Below are positions 63,901 to 64,000 of a stretch of DNA of 64,000 nucleotides, one piece after another. The DNA lies in contig CAWBWI010000003.1 in assembly GCA_963792585.1 (NCBI GenBank), forward strand, positions 480,001 through 544,000, written 5' to 3'. The translations under genes were made by a program, and so were the position numbers. The DNA is from Candidatus Eiseniibacteriota bacterium. GTDB lineage: Bacteria; Eisenbacteria; RBG-16-71-46; CAIMUX01; VGJL01. Under the pieces are notes generated by a model. That model saw only the letters and a list, made by a program, of their open reading frames with translations, ran no database searches and was not told where the DNA came from. Numbering within the stretch: position 1 is the stretch's first letter; the number at the start of each line of letters is the position of its first letter.

Positions 63901-64000
63901 AGCCGCTGCGTCTGCGGACGCCGGACGGGCGGAACTGGGGCTCGGCGATATTCCCGACGCCCCACCCTCGCCCGGCGGTTCGATCCCCTCGATCGAATAG
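60904..64000 (-). CDS. Ser/Thr protein kinase + STAND/NB-ARC ATPase + TPR repeats; 5'-truncated by the window edge
   Basis: HRDLKPAN, DFG, GTPGYMSPE, D.WSFG; GNLP...SAFVGR, GPGGVGKT, LLDNCEH, LATSR, LEGLPLAIEL; TPR-like helices; frame open to base 64000. Confidence 0.92.
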   Translation of the reverse strand, partial: YSIEGIEPPGEGGASGISPSPSSARPASADAAAHSEATTLSILTMEYVPGRTLAERLHEGPLPLETALDVARQIAAALEAAHARSIVHRDLKPANVRVTDDGWVKVLDFGLALLLSPDSGAPKAAGTPGYMSPEQCRGEPIDPRSDLWSFGAVLYESLTGSPATPGESLGDLIDANRRGEIDLERLPVSLPERVAGLLRLCLEADPERRDVSAASARLLLEDELLRVRIDSLVESHRETPGADVPARVQPEPDAGADPGEKELRHAAGNLPRPLSAFVGRVAILDRLAARLLDQRLVTLTGPGGVGKTRTALEAAVRVQEHFPGGCWFVDLSELTRGTDAPAAIARILQLRDVPRAADPPAYAQAIADQIHGVRSLILLDNCEHILEETAGFVEELLGRSPALTVLATSRQPLAIDGEELVPLSPLAIPHDGGGGPEDDRTEAVELFLRRARGSLPASGLGPEERAVIRDICRHLEGLPLAIELTASHARSLPLPELLRRIAGGESLPDLSSRRPARHRSLHDLVDWSYRLLPDAERLLLRRLSVFRGGCTLADAEAVCAGSGIEAWQVYEHLVHLVERSLIEPEARARASREDPPRSVRYRLIESIRTFAAGRLEESDDERREVETRYLEHLIRIAELLPEEEGPTSSTWVRRIEPDYANLIHGLDQSIARHDIGRAFVLGGRISRYWIQTGYWSEGLLRLEHLLAIAPESIDSRASDSGSPSAGGDAPHPRDRIEILSQAGRMAASLGQREKARGLADRAVDAAHALGEPMPLARALHTAGIAAWFRTDIDAARGSFEEALHLFEAGGDRGGKAVCIGNLGVIHSLGGDHETALGYHRAFLVLCRDMRDRLAEAKGLLNLGRTEMMLGRPDVARAWLEEALSIHVENRDAAGTAMTHHHLGDLALAHGRLEEARGHLLEAMRIRARIGDFSGAASVINSIARVIEMSGDSMRAAEIIVTLQRVYASDEVANLPEQRQKLEAWRERLTETIGEAAMAVAVVRGESRSVAELIAWVSESSGNPPAASEDPK

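Noticed and set aside
1..64000. CRISPR arrays, tRNA/rRNA, IS elements, integrases, prophage genes, reverse transcriptase/DGR
   Set aside because: None seen; nucleotide repeats are explained by protein repeats (FG-GAP, propeller, DxxGDD)

Overview
High-GC bacterial chromosomal segment with no rRNA, tRNA, CRISPR array or mobile element that I can recognise. The gene style suggests an FCB-superphylum lineage such as Ca. Eisenbacteria/Krumholzibacteriota (inference): many secreted proteins end in a T9SS/FlgD-type C-terminal domain, there is a PorV-like barrel, and one protein has a 'TWGRIKxxYR' tail. The centrepiece (~10.5-36 kb) is a LacI-controlled glucan-utilisation locus, most likely for beta-1,2-glucan. 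It holds two GH144 glucanases, a TonB-dependent receptor with no SusD partner followed by a ~1,100-aa CTD protein and a PorV-like barrel, a tandem CBM9-like protein, a sugar ABC transporter, a CBM/discoidin/(alpha/alpha)6 enzyme, a GH1 and an NdvB/Cgs-type GH94 phosphorylase module. Much of the locus is broken by indels that look like assembly errors. Also present: LytS/LytTR, TerC, a complete kdp operon with two small upstream membrane peptides, MarR-pirin, DUF1800/DUF1501, a chaperone-usher-like pilus trio, and an ECF sigma factor coupled to a soluble kinase-STAND-TPR protein. All family calls come from motifs recognised by eye; no searches were run.
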